Shown in pieces: positions 25,599-37,246 of a DNA stretch of 64,000 nucleotides. A program made the position numbers and the translations under genes. The stretch's first letter is position 1, and every line of letters begins with the position of its first letter. The notes beneath the pieces were generated by a model. The model saw only the letters and a program-made list of their open reading frames with translations, had not been told where the DNA came from and made no database searches. Origin of the DNA: Octopus sinensis (Eukaryota); contig NC_043004.1 in NCBI RefSeq assembly GCF_006345805.1, positions 47,678,001 through 47,742,000 of the forward strand. Reading direction: 5' to 3'.

Positions 25599-27630
25599 CG
25601 TGTATGTATATATATAAGAAATATATAATTTTGTACATGCTCCTTTCTATGTATTCTATCAGAGCATAGATATATAGCTATCCGCATTGTTTCAAATTTA
25701 TATACTTGATGTTAGTACAGAAATATTTACAATAAATACAAAAGAAAATAGCGTGTCCCACATTTATGTATACGTAAGCATGTTCAAATGTATGAAAATG
25801 TTTTAGCATATTTAGACACAGGCACACGCATACGTTATGGATTGTGCGCCAGTGGATGTGCATAAGATTATTAACGGACAAAGATTAGTATGAAAAATTT
25901 ATGTATATGAAAATATAAACATAACTTCGCTCTTAAATGTTGCTGCTCTTTTTCTTTAAAATCATTTGTGGGCATTTATATATTTCAGATAATGAATGTA
26001 TATTTTATGTATAAGATGCATATGAATCTGTTATATGCTACCGAATCCACTACCAAATTATGGACGAATTAGATATGCTGTAATCGCCAACCACATAGAG
26101 AAAGGATAAGAATTCGTCGATATCACCGGATAGAAGTTCACGATGTGGCTCCATTTAAATTACTTCAAACTAACATATGCAATATGACAGAGCTGAATAT
26201 CATCAGAACATTAATAACTTAATTGACAGATAAATATCAAAGAGTAAAACATAGCTCCCAACTTTGATATTATCTACATACTATCGCTATCCATATATTT
26301 GCATAATAATCACAAAGTTCCATTGATTTCCGACTGTATAAGCGCAATAATATTTTGTATCGAAAATAATTTTTATCTTGATTTATTCATAGTGATGACA
26401 TATTTTCGTCGATACAACCGATCGTTTAGCATTTTATCTCTTTAAATAATCAAAGTAAATATTTTTTTCATTTGAAGTTCTAATAAATTTATTTTTCTCA
26501 TTTGAGATTCCATAACCATCGTTGGATCATGTTTTTTTTCTTTCGTACAGAAAAGCTGTGTCCCATTCTCTATTACCATGTTTTTATACTTTTTATTATT
26601 TTTTCAACAACAAAAAAACATAGATGACATTCAATGTTCTGAGATATATACCTCCATTAATTTCTATATAGATAACAATATTCCAATTTTCTGCCATTTC
26701 ACGATATAACATACATAGATGAAATATATATGCGATTGTTAATAATCGATTTTGTTATCATAGACATATATCAGATTTATTGTGTGTAATACAGAATCAT
26801 TATGTTTAATTTTGCAATAATTCCCAGCATAATGCTTTCACTTGTTTAGTGATTTATTCATTTATTTATTTATTTATATTCGGTGAGTTTCAAAATAGAT
26901 AATAGCATTACTGAAAAGTAAACAGAAATGCAATATAGATATAGATAGAGGTTAAGGTTAGGATCGGTTTGCACTGCCTATTATAGCGCCTTATAATTTG
27001 AATAAATATTTGACTTAGTATCAAACAAAATCTGAACGGATGGAAGCAGATAGAATCCCTTCTCTACATACACAAAGGCATCCTTATGTGGTTACAAAGT
27101 TCGCTTCTCAACAATTTGGCTTTGAGTTTCTGGTCCACGACGTGTGATTATTGGTTCGACAAATCAGACCGATAGTACAAAAATCAAACTTGAAGCAATC
27201 AGTACTCGGACCAATGTGTTCACTTACACAATTTCCACGCAGGAATTCAGCGTGACAGACAGAAGCAAAAGAAAAAAGGAAAAGATATACATATGGTCAT
27301 TGTCAATATTGGAATATATTTGCATAAATTATTACAAGCACAAATATATAAAATTCTTTGGGGCTTTTATGGATGAGTATTCAAGGTGGTCTCTTAATAC
27401 ACTGGAAACAACTGTAACATTTCTTTCAATGAACGTGTCATTTTTTTTTGTTTTTTGTTTTTTGTTTTTTTGTTTTTTGTTTTATAAGAAAGGATACACT
27501 TTACAATATAGACGTTTATATATAAAATGGTCTATACGTCAGGATCTGAACATTTTTCATTTTGTTTGTTCTGTCGGAAATGATCTGGAGCTAAGCCACA
27601 GCGACAACACTAGTTGGGTTGCTTTGTACT

Positions 27631-27673
<43 letters not shown>

Positions 27674-27674
27674 A

Positions 27675-27958
27675 GAGGCGCAATGGCCCAGTGGTTAGGG
27701 CAACGGACTCGCGGTCGTAGGTTCGCGGTTTCGATTCCCAGACCGGGCGTTGCGATTGTTTATTGAGCGAAAAAACCCAAAGCTCCACGATGTTCCGGCA
27801 GGGTGTGGTGGTGATTCTTGCTGCACTCTTTCGCCACAACTTTCTCTCACTCTTTCTTCTGTTGACCTACTCGCTTAGCCAACGGGGTGGTGTCATTTGA
27901 AGGCTAAAACAATGCTTAACGCATTGTGATCAGCGATGCGTAGCAACATTTGATAGCC
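27675..27958 (+). mobile_element. tRNA-derived SINE family B
   Basis: A box TGGCCCAGTGG, TCG anticodon-like loop (ggactcgcgg), B-box-like GGTTTCGATTCCC; homologous to 39296-39594. Confidence 0.85.
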
Positions 27959-29311
27959 GCTGCATGTTTTGTGTAATAGATTTCATTTCAAAGTTCAAGT
28001 AAACAAACTTCACAAAATCAGCGTCATATATGTCTTTGGTGATTGGAATATTTTATGAGAGAATCGTGGTGATAGTATAGAATATCTATGTGTTCGTTTA
28101 ATGTAAGATATAATCAAGTTCAAAGATAAATTAGGAACAAGTTCTGTCATGACTAAACTGAAAATTGGCTTTCAGTATCATTTTAGATCAAATCAGCTGC
28201 GAGAATTTAACATGACCCAAATTTGTTACTTTACATATTGGACTAATGCAACATTATCGATGATTTATAAACATGCAATCAACTATATTGATATCACAAT
28301 AACAGGATGGAGCTAAAGCTGCATTTAAATTGATCGAAGCTAGAATATAAATTCTCAAAGAAATTATTTCTCTTGAATACTTGTCTGTAATATACAGGCA
28401 GTACATAAGTTAATGACGTGAGGAAGTCTCTATAAGGTGCAAAGATCTGCTAGAAATAGAAACCAGATTGCCTTCAAATCAAACACGCGAAACTGATCTC
28501 AATAGATAAAAAATATGCTTTGTACTGTATATGTAAAGAGAGGAGATGGTTGCAATTAGAAAGCCTTTTATCACGGACTTACTTGATCATAGCTGAGCTA
28601 AAACTAGAAAAAAAAACAGCAACAATCCTAATAGCAATGAGTTGTACAATTTACACAGAAGTATACGACTTCTTAATACAAGATGTGTCCTTTTCGTTGG
28701 TTGCATTTAGAGTACAGACGTTCTGAAATGAAAGAATATTGGAGGAAAAGTATGTTTCTTAAATCATAAATTATATCAATCATAAAAGAATATATTATTA
28801 ACAAATTGAATTTACTAACGAAGAATATGTTTACAAAATGCTGCCAGTTACTTGCCATTAGCGACTGTAATATTCGTATTTGACATGTTTAAATAATATC
28901 TGTAAACAGAGGTCGTACTCATGAGATATATGATATTGATTTTCTTCCGGCTAAACGATAAGCTGACTTAACAAGAAGTAATTCAAATGCAGTTATATAA
29001 CTTTTTACAAAGATACGTGTGTGAAAGCATATGGCCGCTGATTTGGAGTATTGTGTATATGATAGCTAAGTTCGTGAATTCGATTCCTAGAGCAAGCAAT
29101 GCAAGTCATTTTATTTTACGTTACTGCACTCTATCCAACTGAAAATAAGTAGCAACAGATATCTGCCGCTCCCTCACCACTCCAATTGTCACATCTATGA
29201 CACGCTGCGTCAAGAATGAAAGGACCGAAAGTGTATCTATCTGTTCATGATCAAATGAGCCTGCGAGTGACGGCTTAGCTTAATTATATATATATATATA
29301 TTATATATATA

Positions 29312-29340
<29 letters not shown>

Positions 29341-29342
<2 letters not shown>

Positions 29343-29568
29343 AGAAGCAAAGAATGGAACAAGTATGTAACTGGCGACAACAAAACATCTAGACAGACGA
29401 TAAAAAAAAGGAAAGAAGATTACAGGGATGTTTCATTCGGGGCTTCTTATCCTCAGTTGAGTTTCAGATCGTCTTTGCAGTTTCTAATCTGACCGGCCCC
29501 AAGAAAATGTAAGCTAAGAGACTAGACTCCTTGGAAGAGAGAAAGCAAATGTATACGAAGACAAGGAC
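29341..29568. mobile_element. Diverged interspersed repeat in (TA)n/(CA)n, same family as 41390-41700
   Basis: Shares aaaacat.taga.gacgata, atctg.cc.gcccca, taagc.aag.g.a.taga.tccttggaaga and aatgtatac...acaaggac with the 41.4 kb copy. Confidence 0.6.
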
Positions 29569-29578
29569 ACACACACAT

Positions 29579-29617
<39 letters not shown>

Positions 29618-29766
29618 CTCCCCTATATATATATACGTATGGCTGTATGTATGCATGTATATATAAATTATATTCTGACTCCTCTCAGCATATGTATTAA
29701 GAGTATTTAAGTCATTTCTAGTAATGTAGGTGCTTTGGCATCCTTAGTCACACTTAGTGACTATAT

Positions 29767-29809
<43 letters not shown>

Positions 29810-29811
<2 letters not shown>

Positions 29812-30940
29812 CGTGCGAAAATGCGAGCAAGAGAAGTAGTATTCTTAAGATTATAAACCTGGAAAAGTACGGGACAATTTATTATATCTCGTTAAGTACA
29901 GAACAATAAAATGTTTACTTAAAATATTACAGCTAAAGATAACATTTCAAATAAAACCTTTAGATTTAGAACATACTAGCAGTATCGCCCGGCGTTGCTC
30001 AGGTTTGTAAGGGAAATAACTATAAAGCATTTTAAGAGAGTTATAGCCAAAAAATAGCAAAAAAATGGAAAAAAATTATGGTAAATTTTTTTTGAGAGTA
30101 AAAAAGGTGGAGTAGCGTCCCCTAGACAGTTTGTGGTTTGTGTTTCTGATTCTCGACCCCATGTCGAATTTACCTATTTTTTTCAGAACTGGGGGAACTT
30201 TTCAAAATTTTCGCTGCGTTAGTTTTGAATTATGACATTGGGCTATGTGTGTGTCAAGTTTCATCAGAATCGGTTGAAAGCCATGGTCAGTGTGAGGGTA
30301 CAAGCAAACAGACACACAGAAACACGCACAGACAAACTGCCGTTTATATATAGAGAGAAGAGATTAGCTTTATAAAAATTAAAAATTTTAGTACAAGTTA
30401 TTACTTCAATTTGTTATTACTTGTTACATTTATTAATAAAAATAAAAATAACTCAATATATTTTTTGTACTTTAATTAGACATATATTGCATTAAAGTCT
30501 ACCTATAAAAACAAATTTACAGAAAAATTTGCTTCAGTATTCGCCTAAGTTATTGCCAAGTCTTCACACTTTTAATCTTGACCCAATGCCTATTTTTTTA
30601 TATAATGAATTTGCCTACCATATATACTATTCTACTTTGCATATAAATTTAGCTACATTGGTATTTCTCACTCTCATTTTTAAAGCATTCTAATGTGTCA
30701 ATATTACAAGAAAATGATAGTACCTTTTTAAATTATAATGTTACTTTGTAGATTAAAATCAAACAATTTTTTATATTCAAATTTTATCCTTAGCTGTAAT
30801 ATTTTTAGTAAAAATTTTCTTTTTCTGTTCTTTACCAGATGTAATAATTCTCTTGAACTTTTCCAAGTGTAATAACTTGTCCTGTAATTTTCAAGTTTAT
30901 AATCTTAAGAATATTATTTTTCATGCTCGCATTTTTCCAT
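29810..30940. mobile_element. Old foldback-type element with long degenerate inverted arms (~29810-29975 vs ~30760-30940), interrupted by a Helitron
   Basis: aaaatgcgagca...tattcttaagattataaac...aaaatattacagctaa.gataa on the left is the reverse complement of ttatccttagctgtaatatttt...gtttataatcttaagaata...tgctcgcatttt on the right. Confidence 0.65.
29976..30363 (-). mobile_element. Complete non-autonomous Helitron
   Basis: Minus strand 5' a|TC...tctatatataaac, then a (GT/GTCT)-like tract, 3' GC hairpin cctgagc-aac-gccggg, then CTAG|t. Inserted at A/T with no TSD. Confidence 0.85.
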
Positions 30941-31586
30941 GTAATCCATGTTTTTTCCAGCCTATGTTATAATGCTAATTAATAATGTGCCAATTAATAA
31001 TTTCAGATTTTACCTTATTGGAAATTGAATAATAAATTTAATATGTGTTGTGTGTGTATGTACATGAGAGAGAGAGAGAAGGTGTGTGTTGTTGATGGTG
31101 TGTTTGTTAGTGTGTGCGTGTGTGTGTGAGGGAGAGAGAGCGTGACAGCGTGAATTTCTTTATTTATTTTTCCTCGCCCCTTTATGAGTGAGACAGAGGT
31201 ATGTGTTGTCAGAGAGGAAAAAGAGAAAGGAGAGAGAAAGGGAGAGTAATAACGTAAATTTTGTTTATTTACTTTTTCTCGCATCATTTTAAGTGTGTGT
31301 TTGACTGAGAGAGAGGTGTGTTAACAGAGACAGAGAGAGAGAGAAGGTGTGACTTGCTCTGTGTGTATGTGTGTGTCTGTGGAGGGAGAGAGCGATAGCA
31401 TAATATTTTTTACTTAGTTTTTCTCTAATTTTTAGTGAGTGCATGTATGAGTGATTGACTAAGAGATCGAGAAAGAGGTGTTGCCATGTATGTGTAAAAT
31501 GGCTAGGCTCAGTTACACATGCGCACAAACACATACGTAAACATATTATCTGTCGTATATACGTACATGCATAAATACATAAGTAC

Positions 31587-31996
31587 ACTCTTTACTAGTT
31601 TCAGTCATTTGACTGCGGCCATGCTGGAGCACCACCTTTAGTCGAGCTAATCGACCCCGGTACTTATTCTTTGTAAGCCCAGTACTTATTCTATCGGTCA
31701 ATTTTGCCGAACCGCTAAGTGACGGGGACGTAAAGACACCAGCATCGGTTGTCAAGCAATGCTAGGGGGAAAAACACAGACACACAAACACATACACACA
31801 TATATATATATATATATATACACATATATATACGACAGGCTTCTTTCAGTTTCCGTCTACCAAATCCACACACAAGGCATTGGTCGGTCCGGGGCTATAG
31901 TAGAAGACACTTGCCCAAGGTGCCACGCAGTGGGACTGAACCCGGAACCATGTGGTTGGTAAGCAAGCTACTTACCACACAGCCACTCCTGCGCCT
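31587..31996 (-). mobile_element. SINE family C (tRNA-like head, internal (TA)/(GT) tract)
   Basis: Reverse complement highly similar to 48897-49302; ORF pairs 31749/48878 and 31546/49132 are near-identical. Confidence 0.85.
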
Positions 31997-32274
31997 ATGC
32001 ATGTTTTTTATATGTGTGCGTGTGAGGGAGAGAGAGAAGTCAGTTGCTGAGTGAAGGTGTGTGTTCTCATCACAGTTTTTGTTTTGCATATATGTAGAAG
32101 TAGCTGCATAATATTTACGCTATCACTCTCTCTCTCTTTCTCTGTCTCTCTCTGTCTTTGTCTCTTTCTCTTTGTCTCTCTCTTTCTTTCTCTTTCTCTT
32201 TCTCTCTCTCTCAGTCAATCACACACATTCACCGAAAAAAAATGCGAAAAAATAAATAAAAATCTACGCTGTCA

Positions 32275-32326
<52 letters not shown>

Positions 32327-33290
32327 ACACACGCACAACACGCTTTCGGTCTCGCATCCCTCATCAACACATACATACGTCCATGTCCATTTCCTCTCTC
32401 TTTCACTTTATGCTGACTTCAAACAAAATGTACATTTCCGCTCGCAAAAATAAATAAATAATTTTTTTTTATGGAATTTACCGAACGCCCACAGGTAACA
32501 GTTGAACCGCCGCGCACACGCGTTCGAGTTGAAGCGAATGATTGCCAAAACAGCTAGGCTATTGCTGAAATTTCTCAATGATATTTATATCTTTTTTCAT
32601 TTTTATGATACAATTGCATTACTTAGCACATATATCGTAATTAGATTAATTGCAAATTAGCGGCGTCATTGATAATTTTTTCTTTACCTCAATGATACCG
32701 GTAATATATACTAAAAGTCCCCTTATAGAACTATATTCATAAAAAAAGTATGTAACAATATTATTACCTTCAAATTTGAGAAACAGATACTCATAACTTT
32801 TTCTCTTTTAAAACGTCATTGCATGAGATTGATATCATAACATTCCTGGAATTGTTCTCGTTCATTTAAGCTTAACTAAAATAGTTTGTTTTTAAAATGA
32901 AAAGGTTAATTATACTTAAATCCAATTTTCTGCCTTATATAATTTTTCATAATATTTTACCTCGAAATTCTTCATGCTTTCTTCTATCATTGAAGCTAAG
33001 ATAAATGTATTTTGCTTCTAAGATAAAAAAAAAAAAGTTATTTAGATCTACTTACTTACTTTCCTATAACTTTGCTACAAATTTTGATGTAAACTTTTTT
33101 CTACAGGACCAAATCTCAATGTTGTTATGCGAAACCGTAGCTAGAGACCAGCCCTCTTTAAAAATATTAAAAGTTTTCAATTTAGTCAAGAACTGAATTA
33201 GAGATAAAGCTCTGAATATAATGCGTGGGAATAAATAGCGACCTTAAGTTTATTATTAGTATTATTATTATTATTATTATATATATATGT

Positions 33291-33336
<46 letters not shown>

Positions 33337-33366
33337 GCGAGAAAGAAGCAACAAGAATGGATAGGT

Positions 33367-33457
33367 TTTTAGTACAATCGTTTCATACAAGGACAGGCTT
33401 TATTAAAAGTTGTAAAAATTACAGCATATAAACGTGTCCCGTACTCATCAGCTAAAA
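33367..33457 (-). ncRNA. Type I hammerhead ribozyme with extended stem II (sense copy in the 3' pseudo-LTR)
   Basis: Exact reverse complement of 36609-36699. Confidence 0.8.
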
Positions 33458-34941
33458 TACATGTGAGTTCTCTAGACATCCTAGTGGTTGAGGCTATACT
33501 CATGAAGTAATGTAGATAATTAAGTAACATAAACAGATTTCCAAAGTTCATTAAAGTTCTTTAAAGATGATGTACAGTCTAATCACAGAATTTAAAAAAG
33601 TTCTAATAGCATCACAGAGAAGGTGACCTAATCCATAGAGCACATATGAATTTCCAGAGATATGATGAGGGATTACATACTCACAGAAGACAAATTTATC
33701 CATTGTTAATCACAACGAGGTGGGTCTCAATTCCTGCTTATTAGCATTACAGAGAGGGTGAATTAATCCTTTGTATAGATGCACAATTTCCAATGGTGTA
33801 GATGTAAGTTTCCAGAGAAATGAAGAGGAATTTCATATTCACAGGCGATAAATTTATCAATGGTTGAACACAATGAGGTAGGTATCAATTCTTGTTATAT
33901 GATTAGGTATTTGCCACATTAATCACATTACTGCTATTTACAAGAGGCTGTAGCTATTTAACTTTTAAAGGCTGAAGGGCTTTCTAGAGAGGCCAAGAAT
34001 AGAAAGGGAAGGGAATAGAAGAAAAGAGAGAAAATAAAGGAGGAGGGAGCAAAAAAAGGGGGGGAAGGGGACTAAAAGAGAAGAGAAAAGGAAAAAGAGA
34101 ATAAGAAGAAGAAACAGAAAAAAGAGAAAAGAGAAAGAAATAGGGAAAGAAGGGAAAAAATAAAGATAAAAAGAGGGTTCTAGTTATACAGAAGAATTAG
34201 TAGACGGCAAGTCTGGTTTTAATTTACAGGCATCTAGGAACTAGAGGAGAATATTATTCTTTGGCCAGTAAAACAGCTAATTTATTGCTGTTGAAATCAG
34301 CTATGAATTTAAAGAGAATCTAAAGAGATAACACAGTCAGGGGTTTAGGGGTCAGATGCTAAAATCAAAAGAAAATACATTAGGAAAATCTAAGTATAAT
34401 CTTATCAAAAAGTCAATAAAACTTACTTATTTAATTTATTCATTTTATTGTCTTAAGGAGTTGTCGTTATTATTCATACATTGACGGACTACAGGTCAAA
34501 TCTTAGAAGATCATTTACAAGGTGTTAGGGGATTGTCTATCATAATGAAGATAATCATATTATCACTGAGGGGGTAGCCTTATTTATTTAATTTTGAAAT
34601 AGAATTATGGGGCTATAGTATCTCATTTTATTTTATTAGAGTTATGCTACTTAAATTAGATTAAGTTAGGAATTAAAATTAAAAATTACAATTAAGATTT
34701 AAAATTAAGAATTTAAAAATTATGAGTTTGAAATTAAATAAAGCCTCAATTAAGCAGCGTATAAGTACTATTCATTTCCCTGTTCTCAAAAAACTGATGC
34801 AGATATAAGGAAAAAGATAACTGTAGTGTGAGAACTCTTAGTTATCTACTTAAAGCAGTGCTATACTAGTAGAAATCAAGTTATATCTATCTATCTAGTT
34901 ACGGATATTCTAATCATTTAAAATATTTTAAAGTCTTCAAT

Positions 34942-36477
34942 TTAGCGTGGACACAAACTTGACACAAACTCGATATGGTTATTCAATAAGTTTCTATGTT
35001 TTCTATGCTTTAGAATTTCATACGTCTCCATGGAGCATAGTTGGCAACCAACCCTACTATTTTTATACGGAATTGCTCTCCTAACTATTTCCCAATTAAG
35101 GTTATAATTTTTATTATTATTTTTGAGTTCCCAGATTTTGTTTGAAAGTGTGGTGGTACCAGCTTTATGACGTAAGTTAAAAGATGAGATGTGATTTCTA
35201 ACTCTGGCTAGAAAATTAATTGTACATCGAACGTAAAGATATTTGTTATTCTCCGTGGATATGGTACATTTATAGATTACATTATTTTCACCACATAGAC
35301 CAGGTGCCGGGCATTTTGATTTTATTCTACACTTACACACAGGAGGAGCAACTTCAGGCTTTGGATTATTCTTGGGTAGATGTCTTAGGTTCCTATTATT
35401 TTGATTATCATTTCTATAGTTGGTGCTGATATCTAACGTATTGTTATTATTTATTGATCCTTCAGCTTCATCATTTAGGTTTAAAGTCCTACCATGATTT
35501 CTTATATTATTGGTAATGTTACTATTATTGTTAGTCTTTTTATCCGACTGCATATTGCTGTTATAAATATCACTGATATTTTCATTCTCCTTATTTTCTC
35601 CATTAGCCTTATATCTATTATTTCTATTATTAACATTATTACTTCTATTAATATCGGCATTGTTATTATTACTATTAATGTTAATGTTATTAGTCATTCT
35701 GTGGTTACTAATTTCACTTATGTTTTGATAGTTACTATTGTTGTTTTTATTGTTGGTAGTATTATTATAATTGCTATTGGTATTCATGCTGATATTATTA
35801 TTTTTATTTCTATCTTTCCTGGCTAGTTTAATGTTTTTATTATTAATCTTAGCTATTAAAGTGGACATATTTGGGAGGGTTGAATAAGAAATCCTAACTG
35901 TTTTCCTAGATATAATTCTATGATATCTATGAGAGATAGGGAAATTTTTTTCCAGAATTACTTTGAATTTGTTCTGTATATCCGATTGTATCGCACAGTT
36001 GAAAGGGATATTCAGCCATAATATATCTTTTTTATTAAATTTAGGGTTCGTAGAATTACTACTATTCATCTCACCGGAGTTATTGTATTTATTACCATTA
36101 TTTTTATTTTTATTTGTGTGCATCTTAGGTTTATCTACTTCAATATTATCCGAGTTACCTATGTTCTGGTCAATGCTTCTATTTGAATTGTTGGGCCTGT
36201 ACGCTAGATTAGCGTTTACCATTAATTTAATTCTACTTTTATTTCGGGCTTGGTCTGTATTGCTGCTTACATGATTACTGATAACTTCATTATTAGGAAT
36301 ACGTGAGTTCTCCTTATCAACGAATGTAATCTTTTGGTTGTATCCAGCCTTAGTTAACGCCTCATTATAATGCTCAGAATGGGAGTTAAATATATCCTTA
36401 TTGGATGATAATTTTGAAATTCTTAATGAAATATTTCTTACTAAAGATTCTATTATATTTGGGGGATGATTTGATAA
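34942..36477 (-). CDS. C-terminal ~511 aa of a PLE polyprotein: RT thumb, Asn-rich linker, CxCx5C motif, GIY-YIG endonuclease (5'-truncated, no RT palm)
   Basis: The frame of ORF 34942-36222 stays open up to 36477: LSNHPPNIIESLVRNISLRISKLSSNKDIF...YNEALTKAGY; ILWLNIPFN; RKTVRISYSTLPNM; CKCRIKSKCP..GLC..NVIYKC..YLYVRCT..RVRNH..LSNKIWELK..CQLCSME..LLN. Confidence 0.85.
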   Translation of the reverse strand, partial: LSNHPPNIIESLVRNISLRISKLSSNKDIFNSHSEHYNEALTKAGYNQKITFVDKENSRIPNNEVISNHVSSNTDQARNKSRIKLMVNANLAYRPNNSNRSIDQNIGNSDNIEVDKPKMHTNKNKNNGNKYNNSGEMNSSNSTNPKFNKKDILWLNIPFNCAIQSDIQNKFKVILEKNFPISHRYHRIISRKTVRISYSTLPNMSTLIAKINNKNIKLARKDRNKNNNISMNTNSNYNNTTNNKNNNSNYQNISEISNHRMTNNININSNNNNADINRSNNVNNRNNRYKANGENKENENISDIYNSNMQSDKKTNNNSNITNNIRNHGRTLNLNDEAEGSINNNNTLDISTNYRNDNQNNRNLRHLPKNNPKPEVAPPVCKCRIKSKCPAPGLCGENNVIYKCTISTENNKYLYVRCTINFLARVRNHISSFNLRHKAGTTTLSNKIWELKNNNKNYNLNWEIVRRAIPYKNSRVGCQLCSMETYEILKHRKHRNLLNNHIEFVSSLCPR

Positions 36478-36608
36478 TCATCATCAGACTGTACATCATC
36501 TTTAAAGAACTTTAATGAACTTTGGAAATCTGTTTATGTTACTTAATTATCTACATTACTTCATGAGTATAGCCGCAACCACTAGGATGTCTAGAGAACT
36601 CACATGTA

Positions 36609-36699
36609 TTTTAGCTGATGAGTACGGGACACGTTTATATGCTGTAATTTTTACAACTTTTAATAAAGCCTGTCCTTGTATGAAACGATTGTACTAAAA
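36609..36699 (+). ncRNA. Type I hammerhead ribozyme with extended stem II (inverted pseudo-LTR copy)
   Basis: TTTTAG(36609-14)-CTGATGA-GTACGGGACA...TGTCCTTGTAT-GAAA-C-GATT-G-TA-CTAAAA; predicted cleavage after GUA at 36693. Confidence 0.8.
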
Positions 36700-36845
36700 A
36701 CCTATCCATTCTTGTTGCTTCTTTCTCGCTTATAATCACCCCACATTACTGTATTGTTAAAACAGTATAGTTTTTTGGGTGCATCTAAGTTAGGTACCAT
36801 ATTCAAGTAAATTCATTTAAATTAACTTGAATCTTTATTGCTTTT

Positions 36846-36888
<43 letters not shown>

Positions 36889-37012
36889 TATACATATGTA
36901 TATGTGTATAACTGCAATATCAAAGAATTCAAGATTATAGAGTAAAGAAAATATGATAACGATCCTTTACGAGCCATAAAGATTCATAGGACCGGTTTCC
37001 CTAGTTTATATA

Positions 37013-37246
37013 TATTTCTTTACTACCCACAAGGCGTTAAACACAGAGGGGACAAACAAGGACAGACAAACGGATTGAGTCGATTACATCGACCCCAGTG
37101 CATAACTGGTACTTAATTATCGACCCCGAAAGGATGAAAGGCAAAGTCGACCTCGGCGGAATTTGAACTCAGAACATAACGGCTGACGAAATACGGCTAC
37201 GCATTTCACCCGGCGTGCTAACGTTTCTGCCAGCTCACTACCTTCG
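37013..37246 (-). mobile_element. SINE family A with 19-bp target-site duplication
   Basis: TSD ggtttcc(c/t)tagtttatata at 36994-37012 and 37247-37265. Confidence 0.9.

Larger units (their letters stand above)
33337..36850 (-). mobile_element. 5'-truncated Penelope-like element (Naiad-type) with 3' pseudo-LTR and inverted 5' pseudo-LTR copy, inserted in (TA)n
   Basis: RT thumb + GIY-YIG ORF; 244-bp inverted repeat 33337-33580 / 36486-36729; hammerhead in each copy; (TA)n at 33280-33335 and 36850-36890. Confidence 0.9.

Noticed and set aside
33369-33551. Duplicated 60-aa ORF (also 36515-36697)
   Set aside because: Incidental frame across the pseudo-LTR and ribozyme; duplicated only because the repeat is.
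34942-35340. Selenoprotein-type Naiad
   Set aside because: No in-frame TGA in the retained ORF; conserved Cys use TGT/TGC. The TGA at 36478-36480 is at the truncation junction.
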